From NCBI RefSeq assembly GCF_009914755.1, contig NC_060935.1: a DNA stretch of 64,000 nucleotides. One strand, 5' to 3'. Positions 1-12,413 of the stretch are shown piece after piece. The DNA comes from the human T2T-CHM13v2.0 reference genome, Homo sapiens. Both the position numbers and the translations under genes were made by a program. The notes under the pieces were generated by a model. The model searched no databases. It was not told the DNA's origin and saw nothing but the letters and a program-made list of their open reading frames with translations. The number at the start of each line of letters is the position of its first letter. Position 1 is the first letter of the stretch.

Positions 1-444
1 TCGAGGTAACGACCATATCCCTCTTCATCTGTGAACTCCACCGAGTTTTGTGCCTCTTCACTTGGATTCTCTCGAGCCTTCAGGAGCTCCTCAAATTCCA
101 CTGACATTGCCACATAGATCTCATTTGGGTGCTTCCGGTGGAATTCCTTTATTTGCTTGAGTCTGTTACAGAAATCAGAAAATTCCTTGGGTCCTGAAAT
201 GGCACCGAGCTCCTCCTTTCGTAATCCATCCTTATCATCATACAAATCCCTTGGGTTCCCACTGACCTCCATATACCTATCTTGCGTGGCCCGAGTGCAG
301 TGATCAGAATTGATCTGGTCCCAGAGCATGGACTTTTTAGTGAGCATCTCTTTGGCCATGACATCCATGAGCCATTCCTTCTCCTCATGATAGCACTGCT
401 GCTGCTCCAGTATTGTCTCCATCTTCCCTTCACCACGGCCTCTC
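1..444 (-). pseudogene. SF3A3 (SF3a60/SAP61) processed pseudogene, 5' part; continues off the window start
   Basis: Minus-strand frame from ATG at 422 reads [140 protein letters not shown], matching the SF3A3 N-terminus as I recall it. It is intronless and has many CpG-type R>W/C/Q changes. 423-444 is a short 5'UTR remnant. Confidence 0.92.
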
Positions 445-742
445 GTTGTTGCTGTTTTTTGAGGCGCAGTCTCACTCTGTCACCCAGGCTGGAGTGCAGT
501 AGCACTATCTTGGCTCACTACAACCTCTGCCTTCTGGGTTCAGGTGATTCTTGTGCCTCAGCCTCCGGAATAGCTGAGATTACAGGCGCTCACCACCACG
601 CCTGGCTAATTTTTGTATTTTTAGTAGAGGCAGGGTTTCGCCATGTTGGCCAGGCTGATCTCGAACTCCTGACCTCAGGTGATCCACCCACCTCGGCCTC
701 CCAAAGTGTTGGGATTACAGGCGTAAGCCATGGCGCTCTGCC
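445..742 (-). mobile_element. AluS element
   Basis: Full dimeric Alu in antisense; its A-rich tail (445-460) directly abuts the SF3A3 retrocopy 5' end. Confidence 0.95.
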
Positions 743-1437
743 TGGTTTGACCTATATTTTGGACACTAACCAGCTTCTTGATTATACAAGTTGCCTAACC
801 TCAACAGCCTGTTACCCTTTATTAGTTGTCAGCTTTGTTTATTATCTAAGGCTTTTTGTGTGGTTTAAGTGAAATAGCATTTGTGGACCACCTTGTGGTT
901 GATCAGTAAAATCTTCATTACTTTCTTTCTGTCTGTTTAATGGGTAAACTCCACAAGAGCAGGATCTCTTTCTGTGTTGTTTCTTGTCCCTCACACATGT
1001 AGATTAGTGCCTAATACATACTAATACTCAAATATTTGTTGAATGAATGAAATAGGTCGGCAGATTAGTAGATTGTGGGTTTGTCTTGTCCTTCCATTTA
1101 GGCTAGTTCATAGCTCACCCCTTACCCAGTTCCAGTAGGTGGGTGAGGGACATTTCTTATGGAGATGAGAATTTCAAAACAGGGAGAAAAGCACTGAGGA
1201 AAGTGTGGGTAAGAGTGGAAGGACTTTGTCACACTGGGAACTTAACAGTATCAGGTACCCAGGCCTCTGGTGTGCTGACCCCATCACTAAAGCGGATGTA
1301 CGTGATCACAGGTAACTGAGAGTCATTAGTGTTTGAGGATGAAGTCAGTATCTTTTCTTAAAGGATGGAGGACCATGTCCCTCTTAATTATATTGTAACT
1401 CAACAGATATTTATTGTTATTTTCTTTTCCAATCTAG

Positions 1438-1518
1438 CACTTCTTCACTTCGTTTGGGGCCCGGGATAGGACATATATGATGATGTTCCGGCTCTGGCAG
1501 AATGCTCTCCTTGAAAAG
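1438..1518 (+). CDS. GRAMD1B: GRAMD1B coding exon (end of GRAM/PH-like domain) HFFTSFGARDRTYMMMFRLWQNALLEK
   Basis: ctag| acceptor with pyrimidine tract, AAG|gtaagt donor, 81 nt, phase 0-0; frame joins the next exon. Confidence 0.95.
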
Positions 1519-1760
1519 GTAAGTACGGCCGAGTTTGCTTTTACTGTGGGACTGGCTATCTCTAGAGAAGCCTTTGTCTCCTCAGGGTTCTGGGAATCCC
1601 CCACTGATAGTATTCTCCCACTGATGGTATTGGCCTGAGTCCTGAAAGTAGCATATAATCTCCCACGAATGGCCTCAACACCCCCAGGAGTAAGGCACTC
1701 ATTGTCTTCAGGGGCTTCAGTTCCACTGCTTTGAAATGTCTCAGGATTTTCTCTAATCAG

Positions 1761-2222
1761 TTATGGTAATGCATGCAGCCCTGAAGAAAGAAGTCCTTAA
1801 ATTCACAGACCCCCAGAAATAGGAAGCACAGCAGGATGAGGGCCACCAGGGAAGCACCAGGGTCAGTCAGGAGATGGAAAGGGAAAGGGGAAGAAGTGGG
1901 CAGAGCCTTTATTGTAGTTTTTGCAGGAAGGAGTAGGGGAGGCAGGGCAAGCAGGCCGAGCAGGTCTAGGATTGGCTAGTTTGAATAATTTTGGCAGGCT
2001 GCAGGTGTAGGGACTGTCTTAAGTTGCCTGGAAGCTTGGAAGCTATAATAGAGAATGGGGAGGGTGGGAATATGAGCCTTGGATGGGCTGGCTACTATGA
2101 AAGGCCCACTCCTGGATGAGTTATTTCCTCTCTCTAGGAATTAGCTAACCCTGATGGGTCCCTCCCCAGTCAGCAAGGCCCCAGATGCCACAACTTAAAG
2201 TACAGAAAATGTAGTTAACACA
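1761..2222 (-). mobile_element. Probable ancient ERVL-type solo LTR (MER74/MER73-like)
   Basis: About 460 nt ending tacagaaaatgtagttaacaca, with internal tttattg (antisense polyA signal) and ggattggctagtttgaataat motif; family assigned from memory. Confidence 0.4.
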
Positions 2223-2292
2223 GCCACCACGAATTGACTAGTTGAGTGTTTAAATGAAACTATGAAGAGACACAGATGAAGCCACCCCTTCA

Positions 2293-2371
2293 TGCAGTGA
2301 GCTGTGATTGCGCCACTGCATTCCAGCCTGGATGACAGAGCAAGACCCTGTTTCAATTAAAAAAAAAAAAA
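2293..2371 (+). mobile_element. 5'-truncated Alu (right-arm 3' end plus polyA)
   Basis: gcagtgagctgtgattgcgccactgcattccagcctgg...A-tail. Confidence 0.9.
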
Positions 2372-2483
2372 GTTCCCACTCAGATGCAGTTGGATGTTGA
2401 GAAACTGTCTCCAAGCCAGAGAAAGAGATGTAGGAGAAAACGCACCGACACACACACATAATGTTTCCCCCAGGATTAATTTT

Positions 2484-2485
<2 letters not shown>

Positions 2486-2518
<33 letters not shown>
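2486..2518. repeat. (TG)n microsatellite
   Basis: About 16 uninterrupted TG units. Confidence 0.95.
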
Positions 2519-2521
<3 letters not shown>

Positions 2522-3327
2522 ATTGACATGGGTGTATTTAAATATATACATATATTGGCCTTGACTCTAGCCCAAACAAATGGCTGCATAAGAAAATTGA
2601 GTGGATTTATTATTTAGAGTTTCTTCTCTTCTGAGAGTCTGTACCCCTAGTATCACTCCTGATAACTTATTTGAGCTGTGGTCCTCTGCCTTCACTTGCC
2701 ATCAGTAATAGTAAAATGATTATGTGTTTTAGTCTCTACTGGCAGGTTTGAGTTTTCAGTTCACAGCTGCTGTCATTTTTAAGTAAGACACAGGGTCATT
2801 CATATGCTTCGCAAATGCCCTCACAAATAATTGTAAGAATTGGGCCTGCCGAGGAGAGTCTGCTAACTGTGCTTGTCCTGATCGTGGTTGGCCAAGCCAA
2901 GCCAGGTGGCGCTGGTCAGAGAAGTCTGCAGAGAGCAAGCAAAGGGTGGAGCAGGGCAGTATATGGTTTGGCAGAGAGGCAGATGTGTCCCAGGCAGGGT
3001 GAATGTTGTCCCAGGCAGGGTGGATGTTGCACATAAAGGCCAGAGATAGGAGGGGGAGGTCCAGGAGAGAAGGAGGTGATACCTCCCTCAGGCACTATGA
3101 GGTCCAGCATAGAGAGCTGCGGCCCCCAACTCTGCCAGCCTAGAGTCAGGGCCCCAAATCTGCCATTCCAGGCACTTCTCCTTAGTCAGAAAGCTGGAAT
3201 CCTAGCTCATTGTACTCTGCCAGCTGCCTGCTTCTTAAACCATACCTGAAACTGTGGGCTTGGGAGCTCTCAAATTATTATTATTATTATTATTGTTATT
3301 TTTACTCCCAATGGAATATTGTTCAAT

Positions 3328-3443
3328 TTTTATTTTTTATATTTTTAAATTTTTTTATTATACTTTAAGTTTTAGGGTACATGTGCACAACGTGCAGGTT
3401 AGTTCTATGTGTATACATGTGCCATGTTGGTGTGCTGCACCCA
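3328..3443 (-). mobile_element. Severely 5'-truncated L1PA 3' end
   Basis: ttattatactttaagttttagggtacatgtgcacaacgtgcaggttag...gctgcaccca is the antisense L1PA 3'UTR terminus, preceded by a T-rich tail. Confidence 0.9.
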
Positions 3444-4397
3444 AATTCTTTAGGAAGTCTATCGGTGCAAACATTTTTGAAATGGGATTTTTTTTTTTAA
3501 AGATAATGATTGCTTCTGTTTTTCTTCATGCCCTTGCCCTCCTTTCCACACACTTATCCCTGCCACCTTCTCCCCTTCCTCCCAGTCTGAGACTCATTCA
3601 TGGTCTCTGCCTCTGATCTTAGTTCTTTGACATCCCTTTGCCTCTCTCTGGAGACTCTGAACCCAATGAGAACAAACTTTTCTTAGAACAGTGTTTTTTT
3701 GGGAGGACACATAGGCACCCGGTGAAATAAGAAAACACTGGAACTAATGCATAGAACTGCAGGCAAACAGATTCCACCTCAGGTTGGGTAGTCACACGCT
3801 TAGGTGAGATGACCTGTAAGGTTCCTAAAACTGTGGGAACGTAAGACTCTACCCATAGGAACTGTCCAGCTATGGAATGGGCCACCTTTGAGGTCGAACC
3901 TCATTCTTGGAAGTGATCCAGTAGGGTCTGTAAGGCCACAGTTAATACAAGAGGAGATTTCTGTGCAGTGTGGTGGGGCACCGGGTCAGGGGACCTCTGG
4001 GCATTCATTCAGAGTGCTAATCAGAAGCTCTGGGATCCCCTTGGCCCCAGAGTCACATGGGTTTATGCCACTCAGTGCTGGACCTTTTCCATAAGAGCAA
4101 AAGGTGAGACAGTTACCATCCTCTGGGAGCCAGTTGGTCACGTTCTACAAACCTCTGTTGAGGGATTGGGCACTGAAAGGCCAGTTCCTGGCTTTGTTAA
4201 AGTCCACATTCCTAGGCAGAAGACTGGTGTCCTGCTGAGACCCCCAAGGCAGATGGGGGTGGTGGCTCGCCTCTCATTCAGCTAAGGAGAGAGGAGTTTC
4301 TCCTCTTCTCCAGGGGAACCAGCCCGGCTCAGTGCCTCTGTGCAGAGTCGGGGGACCTGAGGGAGCAAGGCTCAGTCGTTCCTTTTCTCCCCTGAAG

Positions 4398-4513
4398 CCT
4401 CTGTGTCCCAAGGAGCTCTGGCACTTTGTTCACCAGTGCTATGGGAACGAATTGGGCCTGACCAGTGATGACGAGGACTACGTGCCCCCTGACGACGACT
4501 TCAACACAATGGG
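4398..4513 (+). CDS. GRAMD1B: GRAMD1B coding exon PLCPKELWHFVHQCYGNELGLTSDDEDYVPPDDDFNTMG
   Basis: gaag| acceptor, GG|gtgagt donor, 116 nt, phase 0-2. Confidence 0.95.
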
Positions 4514-4739
4514 GTGAGTGAGGCCAAGGGCGGCTGCCCAGAGGCAGCCGTGCGAGTGCCTGCAGGAAGAACCTGCCAGGCAGAGGGAACAGCACACATG
4601 CCTGTGCAGCCATGGAATGAACTGTGGAATGAAGGAGGGAAAGTGGTCACAGGTGAGGTCAGGGAGCTCGAGGGGGCAGAGCCTAAGGGCCTGGCCATCT
4701 TTATGGTTGGCTTTTACTGAGAGTGGGATGGGAAAGTTT

Positions 4740-5460
4740 GGCAAAGATAATTGCTAAGGTCTGATTTAACATTTCAGCAGGATCACTCTGGTCTTTGCAC
4801 TGAAAATACATTAAAGGGGAACCAGGGCAGAGGCAGGGAAACCCGTGAAGAGGCTGGTGAGTAATTTAGATAGTTAGATGAGGGATGGTGGTTGTTTGGA
4901 GAAGTGGCAATAAGTGTTTAGTTCCTGAATAGATTTTGAAGGATATGTTGATGGAACAGAAAGGAACCAAAGGTGGCTTTCAGATTTTTTCGGTTTTACT
5001 GCCCAGAAGGATGGCATTGTTCCAAACGGAGATGGACAGTACTGTAGGCAAAGCAGGTTTCAGGGGAAAGATCAGGAGGGTAGTTTTAGGCAAGTTGAAA
5101 TTGAGATGCCTGTTAGCTAAATGGAGATGCCAAGTGGGCATTTAGATATGGAGTGTGGAGTGCACAGGGAAGCCTGGGCTGAGGCCATAAACGCAGCAAT
5201 TATTAGTGGATAGTCATGAGACTAGCTGAAATTTCAAGTGACTCGGTGAACCTAAAAAGGAGTTCAAGGACTGCCTGGGAGCACTCAGTGAGGGAAAGAA
5301 GCAGCTGAAGAGAGCTTGAAAGCACATGCAGTGAGGGAGGAAGGCCCTAGGAAGGTTTCCTATCCTGGCAGCCACGGGAAGGAAGTGAAGCAGAAGGTAT
5401 TGTCACTGTATCACATGCTGTCGATAGGTTAAGCAAGATGGGAAGATGTGCCTGTAGACT
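4740..5460 (-). mobile_element. Degraded LINE-2 fragment
   Basis: L2-like motifs (gatcactctgg, ttgagatgcctgtt, ggagatgccaagtgggcatttagatat). Confidence 0.55.
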
Positions 5461-6293
5461 GGCACAAAGCATGCTTGAGGGTGGAAGGGTAGCTAGCTGC
5501 AAGCTTGGTGGTCGTGCAAGAGGCATACAGGGAAAAAAGCAAGAAAAGAACATTGAATGTCTGTTGTGCTTAGGTCTGGGCTCAGTCGAAATAATAGTGT
5601 TGTCGCTTAACCTCTATGAATACCCATTTGGTTATCTCCAAAATGCACATAAGGATTTCCGGAGAGTTGTCAAGCATCTGGATTTGTTAAGTACAGGTCA
5701 GATGATGGTGATGATGATAGGCTGATGATTGCTCCCTTAGAGGAGGCTACAGCGGCATCCCTGAAGTGTTCCTCGACGAGCACCCACCTTCATCTCAAGG
5801 AGGTTTTCTTTCTAGGTGTATAATGCAGGGAAGTTTTCTAGTTATCATCAAGAATTTGGGCAATGCCACTTAAGGAGCGCTCATGTCCAGAGTCCTGTCT
5901 TCGTCACCGTTTGGGAAAGGAAATGCATGCTCAGAACCCAGATATTTGATTCAGAGGCTTCAAATAGGATGGGCACCCATGGAAAAAAAATAGCTTAAGA
6001 CAAATAATCCTTTCAGTTAGGTAGGGATAACTCTAAGGAGGCTGCCTAGGAAAGGTGAGTTTGCAGCCAGGAATTTTACATGGGGGGCAGGGAGGGGTGG
6101 GGTGGGATATGAAGGAGATTTCAGAAGAGCAATGGGGTAGGCAGGGGATTTTTGGTTAGAGGAAGATCATACACAAAGCAAAGAAGCAGGAAATCTCATA
6201 GATATGGATGGATAGAAAGGTCTGAGATTCTTAGAATAGTTGGCCATCTTGAACCACTGAGGGTAATGTGGACTCACTGGTGTCTCCTCTCAG

Positions 6294-6450
6294 ATACTGT
6301 GAAGAGATCCCTGTGGAAGAGAATGAAGTGAATGACAGCTCATCCAAGAGCAGCATAGAGACCAAGCCAGATGCCAGTCCACAGCTGCCCAAGAAATCCA
6401 TCACCAACAGCACACTAACATCCACAGGGAGCAGTGAGGCCCCCGTCTCG
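6294..6450 (+). CDS. GRAMD1B: GRAMD1B coding exon (Ser/Thr-rich linker) YCEEIPVEENEVN...SEAPVS
   Basis: ctcag| acceptor, TCG|gtatgg donor, 157 nt, phase 2-0. Confidence 0.95.
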
Positions 6451-7580
6451 GTATGGGCAGTCAGCCTTTGACTTCTACCCCCAGTCCTGTGGCCAGCGTT
6501 TCCTAGCATAGTTCACTGGGAACCCAATCTGGGGAGCAGGTAGAGAGGAGATTGGTTACATTGTTGTCAGTTTCTTCAAGGAGGCATTCTGGAGCAGATG
6601 GGCTCTCCGTATTCTAGTGGCATAGCCCGGGGTCCAGAGCTGGGGCTAGGTGCCTGGGGTACAAGACTGGGTTTGACTTCTGAGCAGATGAAAACCATTT
6701 CAAGCCCACTGTGCTGGGCTGCTGCTGATCAGCCCTTCTGGTAGAGAACAATTCCAGGTATTTTTTCACTGCCTTGATCTGACGTCAAAGTCATGCATGA
6801 ATATAGAACTATAGAACAATTAATTGTTTATCCACTCATTTGGTTGATATTTGTTGAGTATACGTATTGTGGCTTATTTCTCCACTGTGGTAGACTTTAT
6901 GGAAGCCATAAAAATGTGTAAGAGAACCTCTGTCCTGTGGGACTCTGTTAATAGAGGAGGTAGAACCTTGATGAGGAAAGAGGGTCAGGGCATGTGCTGG
7001 CAGGCAGAAGAACAGGTAGGGTTCTTCAGGAAAGGACTCCCTCAAAGAGCCTTGTATTTCAGTAGGCTATGGATCAGACCACCTGCCTTCAGAATGAAAA
7101 CATTATTCATTGGATACCTGGTCTTTATTTTCCATCTCTGAGGTTATCTTTAAAATGTAAAGAGTTGTATCGATTCCCTTCCAGGGCTAATGAGAGAATG
7201 AGTTTTAAAAAATGCTTATGAAGCCTTTCGAGCTTCTTAGGATAAACAGGTACTACCTGGAGGCAGGCTGACCTTGTTGCAGGATGGTGCAGGTGCGGCT
7301 CCAGGAAAGGGCCTGGGCCTGTGGGGACCAGCTCTGTGCATTTGGGGAGCTTGTTGTGCTGTTGGAATGGCGAGCGTGAGAAGTGCAGTAGTCCTTGTAC
7401 TGTGTTTGCCCATCCTCTGTGGCAGCTCTGGGGAAGGGCTTTGGAGCCTGACTCTGACTTCGCTCCTGAGCAGCTGAGCTGGGAGTATGAGAGCTGCCAA
7501 GGCTGCATCCCTAATCTCCCTTTGGAGAATAGATCCAGACCAGGTTTCCCTGGTGGGTGACTCCTCTGTCTTGGCTCCAG

Positions 7581-7770
7581 TTTGATGGGCTGCCCCTGGA
7601 GGAAGAGGCGCTGGAGGGAGACGGGTCCCTGGAAAAGGAGCTCGCCATTGACAACATCATGGGGGAGAAGATTGAGATGATCGCTCCTGTGAACTCCCCT
7701 TCACTGGACTTCAATGACAATGAGGACATCCCCACTGAGCTCAGTGACTCTTCCGACACACACGATGAAG
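7581..7770 (+). CDS. GRAMD1B: GRAMD1B coding exon (acidic linker) FDGLPLEEE...SDTHDE
   Basis: tccag| acceptor, AAG|gtgggc donor, 190 nt, phase 0-1. Confidence 0.95.
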
Positions 7771-9630
7771 GTGGGCATTTGAAAATGGGTCTGGAGTGGC
7801 CCTTGCTCTGTTTTGAAGGCTAAAAGGAGATCTCTATGTGGGGACTGTAGTTAGTCTCTAGGTTCCTGGTGGAGAGATGGGAGCAGAGCTTCCTTAACAA
7901 AAGGTACCTGTTATTAGTTTACATCCCTGTTTTCAGTCATTTGCTGTAGGAGCCTCCCATAGATAATGCTTTGTTCTGTCATTTAGTCTTGTCACTAAAT
8001 GTTCCCCCTATTGACATTGGCTTGCCTTGCGACCCTGACCCTCACAGACACGCAAGTCTAGGCAATGTTTATAAGCCACAAGGAAGGTGCCAGTCAGCTG
8101 CTCCCTGGAAATAATTAGATTTTAACAGAAACGTCCTCAAGATAGCTGCGAAACTTGTTAATGCAATTTTTGCTGCATGGGGTATTTAGGCCCAGCTAGA
8201 AGAAAAGGTGTTGCTGGGTCAAATAGGGTTTGGAGACTCCCTTGTTTCTCTAATTTTTGTAAGCAGGTAGCTTCTAACTTCATGCCTGCATAGGATTAGC
8301 TTCTAGAACCTCCCTTGGGAACATGCTGCTGCTTACCTTCCATGGAGAGAAGCCAAATTCTCAGCATTCATGAAATCAATTGATGGATTTCCTCCATTGA
8401 GTGAGTGGTCTGTTATGACTGGTGAGCATATGAGCACGGTGCTCACTTGTGGATCTGTGGACACCTCTCCCAGGGGCCACCTGCAGTGGTTTTCTAACTT
8501 TTGGTTGGTTTACCCACCCCCATCTAGAGTCCAGGGTTGGCACAAGTGACTGCATGGGTTAGATACTGCCTAACTCCAGGGTGCCTTTCACATAAACTAA
8601 GGTGTGAATACCCGCTGCGCTGCACTTGTGCAGTACCCATCTGTGCAGTCATAGGACTTGACCCCTACAGGGTACTTCAGAGTTCTCTGGTTTCCTCAGG
8701 GTCCTAGGGGTGCCAGAAATGGCAGCCTCCTCCTGAGATCACATACCCACCCATGCAGGTGCAGTAATTAGGGACTGAGGGGTGCCAAGGGTTCGGGGGG
8801 GAGCACTGAGGCTTTAGCAGCTCTCCTGTATCCTCATTTGCATCCTCCTGTAGCAGCTGGAAAATTCAGATTACAGGTGAAATTCCCTGGCTGGCAATCT
8901 TCTGTATATGGACACAGTGATGTGCCAGAAGGGCTTTGCATCCCTGAGACTGAAGGAAGCTCCATTTTTGGAGCCCTCCCACACCTTGCTCTGTGTGCCT
9001 CTCATTCTGATTTGAATTCTTATTTTGCTATATGATGAAGCTGTAATCCTAAGTTTAAAAAGGGGAGTAGGTATTGACATCATGGTAGAAATAGGCTGTC
9101 TTATGGAACTGTAGTTAGGGATCACAGCCTATTGGACCAGCCCCAGCCTTAGCAGCAGTTCTGTACACTGATTCTTCCAGATTAGTCTACGTTCCCTCGA
9201 ACAGACCTATGCCATGGGTTACAACTACAATTTGTTGTCGATTAGAGTTAACTTACAGACTCTCAAAACCCCATTCTTTGGGTTTAGGCAACTTCCAGAA
9301 GTAGTCATTTATTTGAATTTTAGTCTAAGATCAACTGAATTAGGGAGGTTTGAAAGTGTAAAAGCAAATCGTACATTCCCAAACACTTTGTAAAGAAGGA
9401 ATGGGTAGTGTCAGCTAAAGGAAATGGTGTGCATCCCAGCAAAAGAAAGAGACCGAAAGCAAAGTCATAAACCATGCCCACGAGCTCAGCTGTCCTGCTC
9501 CGTGTCCTCTCCATACCCTTGTTGACTGTGCTCATATTAGCCAGAGACCTAAGTGCTCTTGGAGGATGTCCCTGGGGCCCCCTCCCCCTCCGCTGTCACT
9601 GTCTACTTCCTGATCCTCTCTTCTGTGCAG

Positions 9631-9774
9631 GAGAGGTCCAGGCCTTCTATGAGGACCTGAGTGGCCGGCAGTACGTGAATGAAGTCTTCAACTTCAGCGT
9701 GGACAAGCTCTATGACCTCCTCTTCACCAACTCGCCCTTCCAGCGGGATTTCATGGAGCAGCGGCGCTTCTCTG
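9631..9774 (+). CDS. GRAMD1B: GRAMD1B coding exon (start of VASt/ASTER domain) EVQAFYEDLSGRQYVNEVFNFSVDKLYDLLFTNSPFQRDFMEQRRFS
   Basis: tgcag| acceptor, CTG|gtccgt donor, 144 nt, phase 1-1. Confidence 0.95.
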
Positions 9775-10766
9775 GTCCGTTCTGCTGGGACTGTACCCCC
9801 CATTCCTCCCTCTTCATCCTCACTTCTTCCCTCTCTACATTTGCTTCCTTCCCTTCCTTATTCTTCTTTCCACACACCCTCCTTCCCTCGGCCACCTCAG
9901 GGCCCAGACACCCTCTCTCCAGCCTTCTGTGGTTCGGGAGCTCCTTCAGGCCCTGTTGCCCTCCCTTTTCACCAGCCCTGCAGCTTCACCCTTTCCCACT
10001 ACACACCAGGCACTCGATGCCGGCCCCTAAGACCTACCCTGTCCCTCCCCTCACAGGGCTCACCATCTAGTAAAGCACAGTGGCTCTCACTCGCTGGCAG
10101 CACCCACTCTATGCCATGCACGTGACGTTATCTCATTCAGACCTCACAGCTACCCTGTGTGTGGACACCGATGAGGCTGCTGGAACTCAAACTGTTAGTG
10201 CTTGCCTGACCTCATGCAGCTAAGAAGGAGCTAGGCCGGGCCTCACATCTAGGATCTGGGGGTTCATGCTTTGACCCTCTGTGCTTCTGCCTCCTCCCCT
10301 TCCCCCAAACTCTTCCCACAGCAGGGACCTCTAAGCATCCAGCTGTAACAAAGCATTTGGGCATCAGCGATCCTGTGTGCCAAGAGGAGAGGGCACGCTG
10401 AGGGCACGGGGAGGTCATGGCTTAGAGGAGAGGACTTGTTCCCAAGGGACCCTAGGCCCTCGCCACAGTAACACCAGTGTTGCCAGCACCCCCGTAGGTG
10501 GCCCCAAGACCTCCTGTCCCAGCCCCAGGAACAATCAGCATTCTGGAGCATTGTGTAGAATTTTGACAATGCTACAATGAGCCTCTTTCTGCTTCGGCTA
10601 CTCCTCCTCTTCCCACCCTCCCCCCGGCCCTCGGGCTCCCATTGGCTTCCTTTTGGGGGCCAGGCAGTAGTAAGCACAGTCCAGAAGGTCACTTGGAGGG
10701 GAAACTTGGATTGGGGAGAGGGCTCTGCCCTCCCTTCCTCATTCCAGGGCTCTCCTCTACCCTTAG

Positions 10767-10885
10767 ATATCATCTTCCATCCATGGAAAAAGGAGGAGAA
10801 TGGAAACCAGAGCCGAGTGATTCTTTACACCATCACCCTTACCAACCCTCTGGCTCCCAAAACTGCCACTGTCAGGGAGACACAG
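10767..10885 (+). CDS. GRAMD1B: GRAMD1B coding exon (VASt) DIIFHPWKKEENGNQSRVILYTITLTNPLAPKTATVRETQ
   Basis: cttag| acceptor, CAG|gtgagc donor, 119 nt, phase 1-0. Confidence 0.95.
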
Positions 10886-11029
10886 GTGAGCAGAGCCGCG
10901 GATGCACAGAAGAGCGAGCTGGAAAATCCTGTGTTCTGTCTTGAAGGATTAAGGGCAGATGTCAGGAAGAAGTTTCAGGGCGCAAGTGTCATTTTGCCCC
11001 AAAGCGGTGGTGGCGTCTTGCTTGTTTAG

Positions 11030-11473
<444 letters not shown>

Positions 11474-12142
11474 TGAGTTAATTATTCTCTCCACTCTCTA
11501 CATCTTGTTAGTAAAACTTGTATAGCTACTACTATTTATTGGTTGTCTGTGGCTTATACAGTATAGTGTAGGCGCTTTACCTACATTCACTGGAGTCTTT
11601 AGAACGACTCAAAGAGGTGGATTTATCTTCATTTTTCAGATAAAACTGAGTCTCATATGAGTTCAGGAACTTTGCCAAGAGTCATGTCTTTAGTAAGCAC
11701 TGAAACCCAGATCTTAGAGTTGTAAACCTGTGCTCTGTCCACCATGCTGCGTGGATTGCCATTAGTGTTAGACAGTGAGCTCCACGAGGACAGGAATTCC
11801 ATTCCACTTACACTTTATTCCCAGCACCCAGCTGGGCCTGCACGTATCAGAGTCCAGAGAACACTTATTAGTGAATAATTAGTTCTGGGCACTGTGAAGT
11901 GCTTCCAAAGGAAGGAAGACATTTAGACCCTGACATTTTAAGAAACTTGTAGTCTAATTGAAAAGGCAAGACACACACCCATTTGAAAATCATCAGACTG
12001 TTTACCTGTACCTTAGACCAAGTTCTTTTGGTTGTAAGGAGCCAAAAATTCGCTGATGTAGTTCAAATGAAAGTTTAGTAAAAGGTCGCACAGAGATCTC
12101 TTGGGCTTCAAGAAGTGCGCATCAAGAGGGACCTTTGTGCTT

Positions 12143-12413
<271 letters not shown>

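Noticed and set aside
149-872. ORFs 149..505(-) and 282..872(+)
   Set aside because: Off-frame or antisense shadows of the SF3A3 retrocopy fused to Alu-derived peptide (LECSS..., GFRHVGQA)
1600-3027. Short tandem duplications (17-bp unit at about 1600-1633; 21-bp unit at 2986-3027)
   Set aside because: Two copies only with no spacers; ordinary slippage, not CRISPR-like or an array
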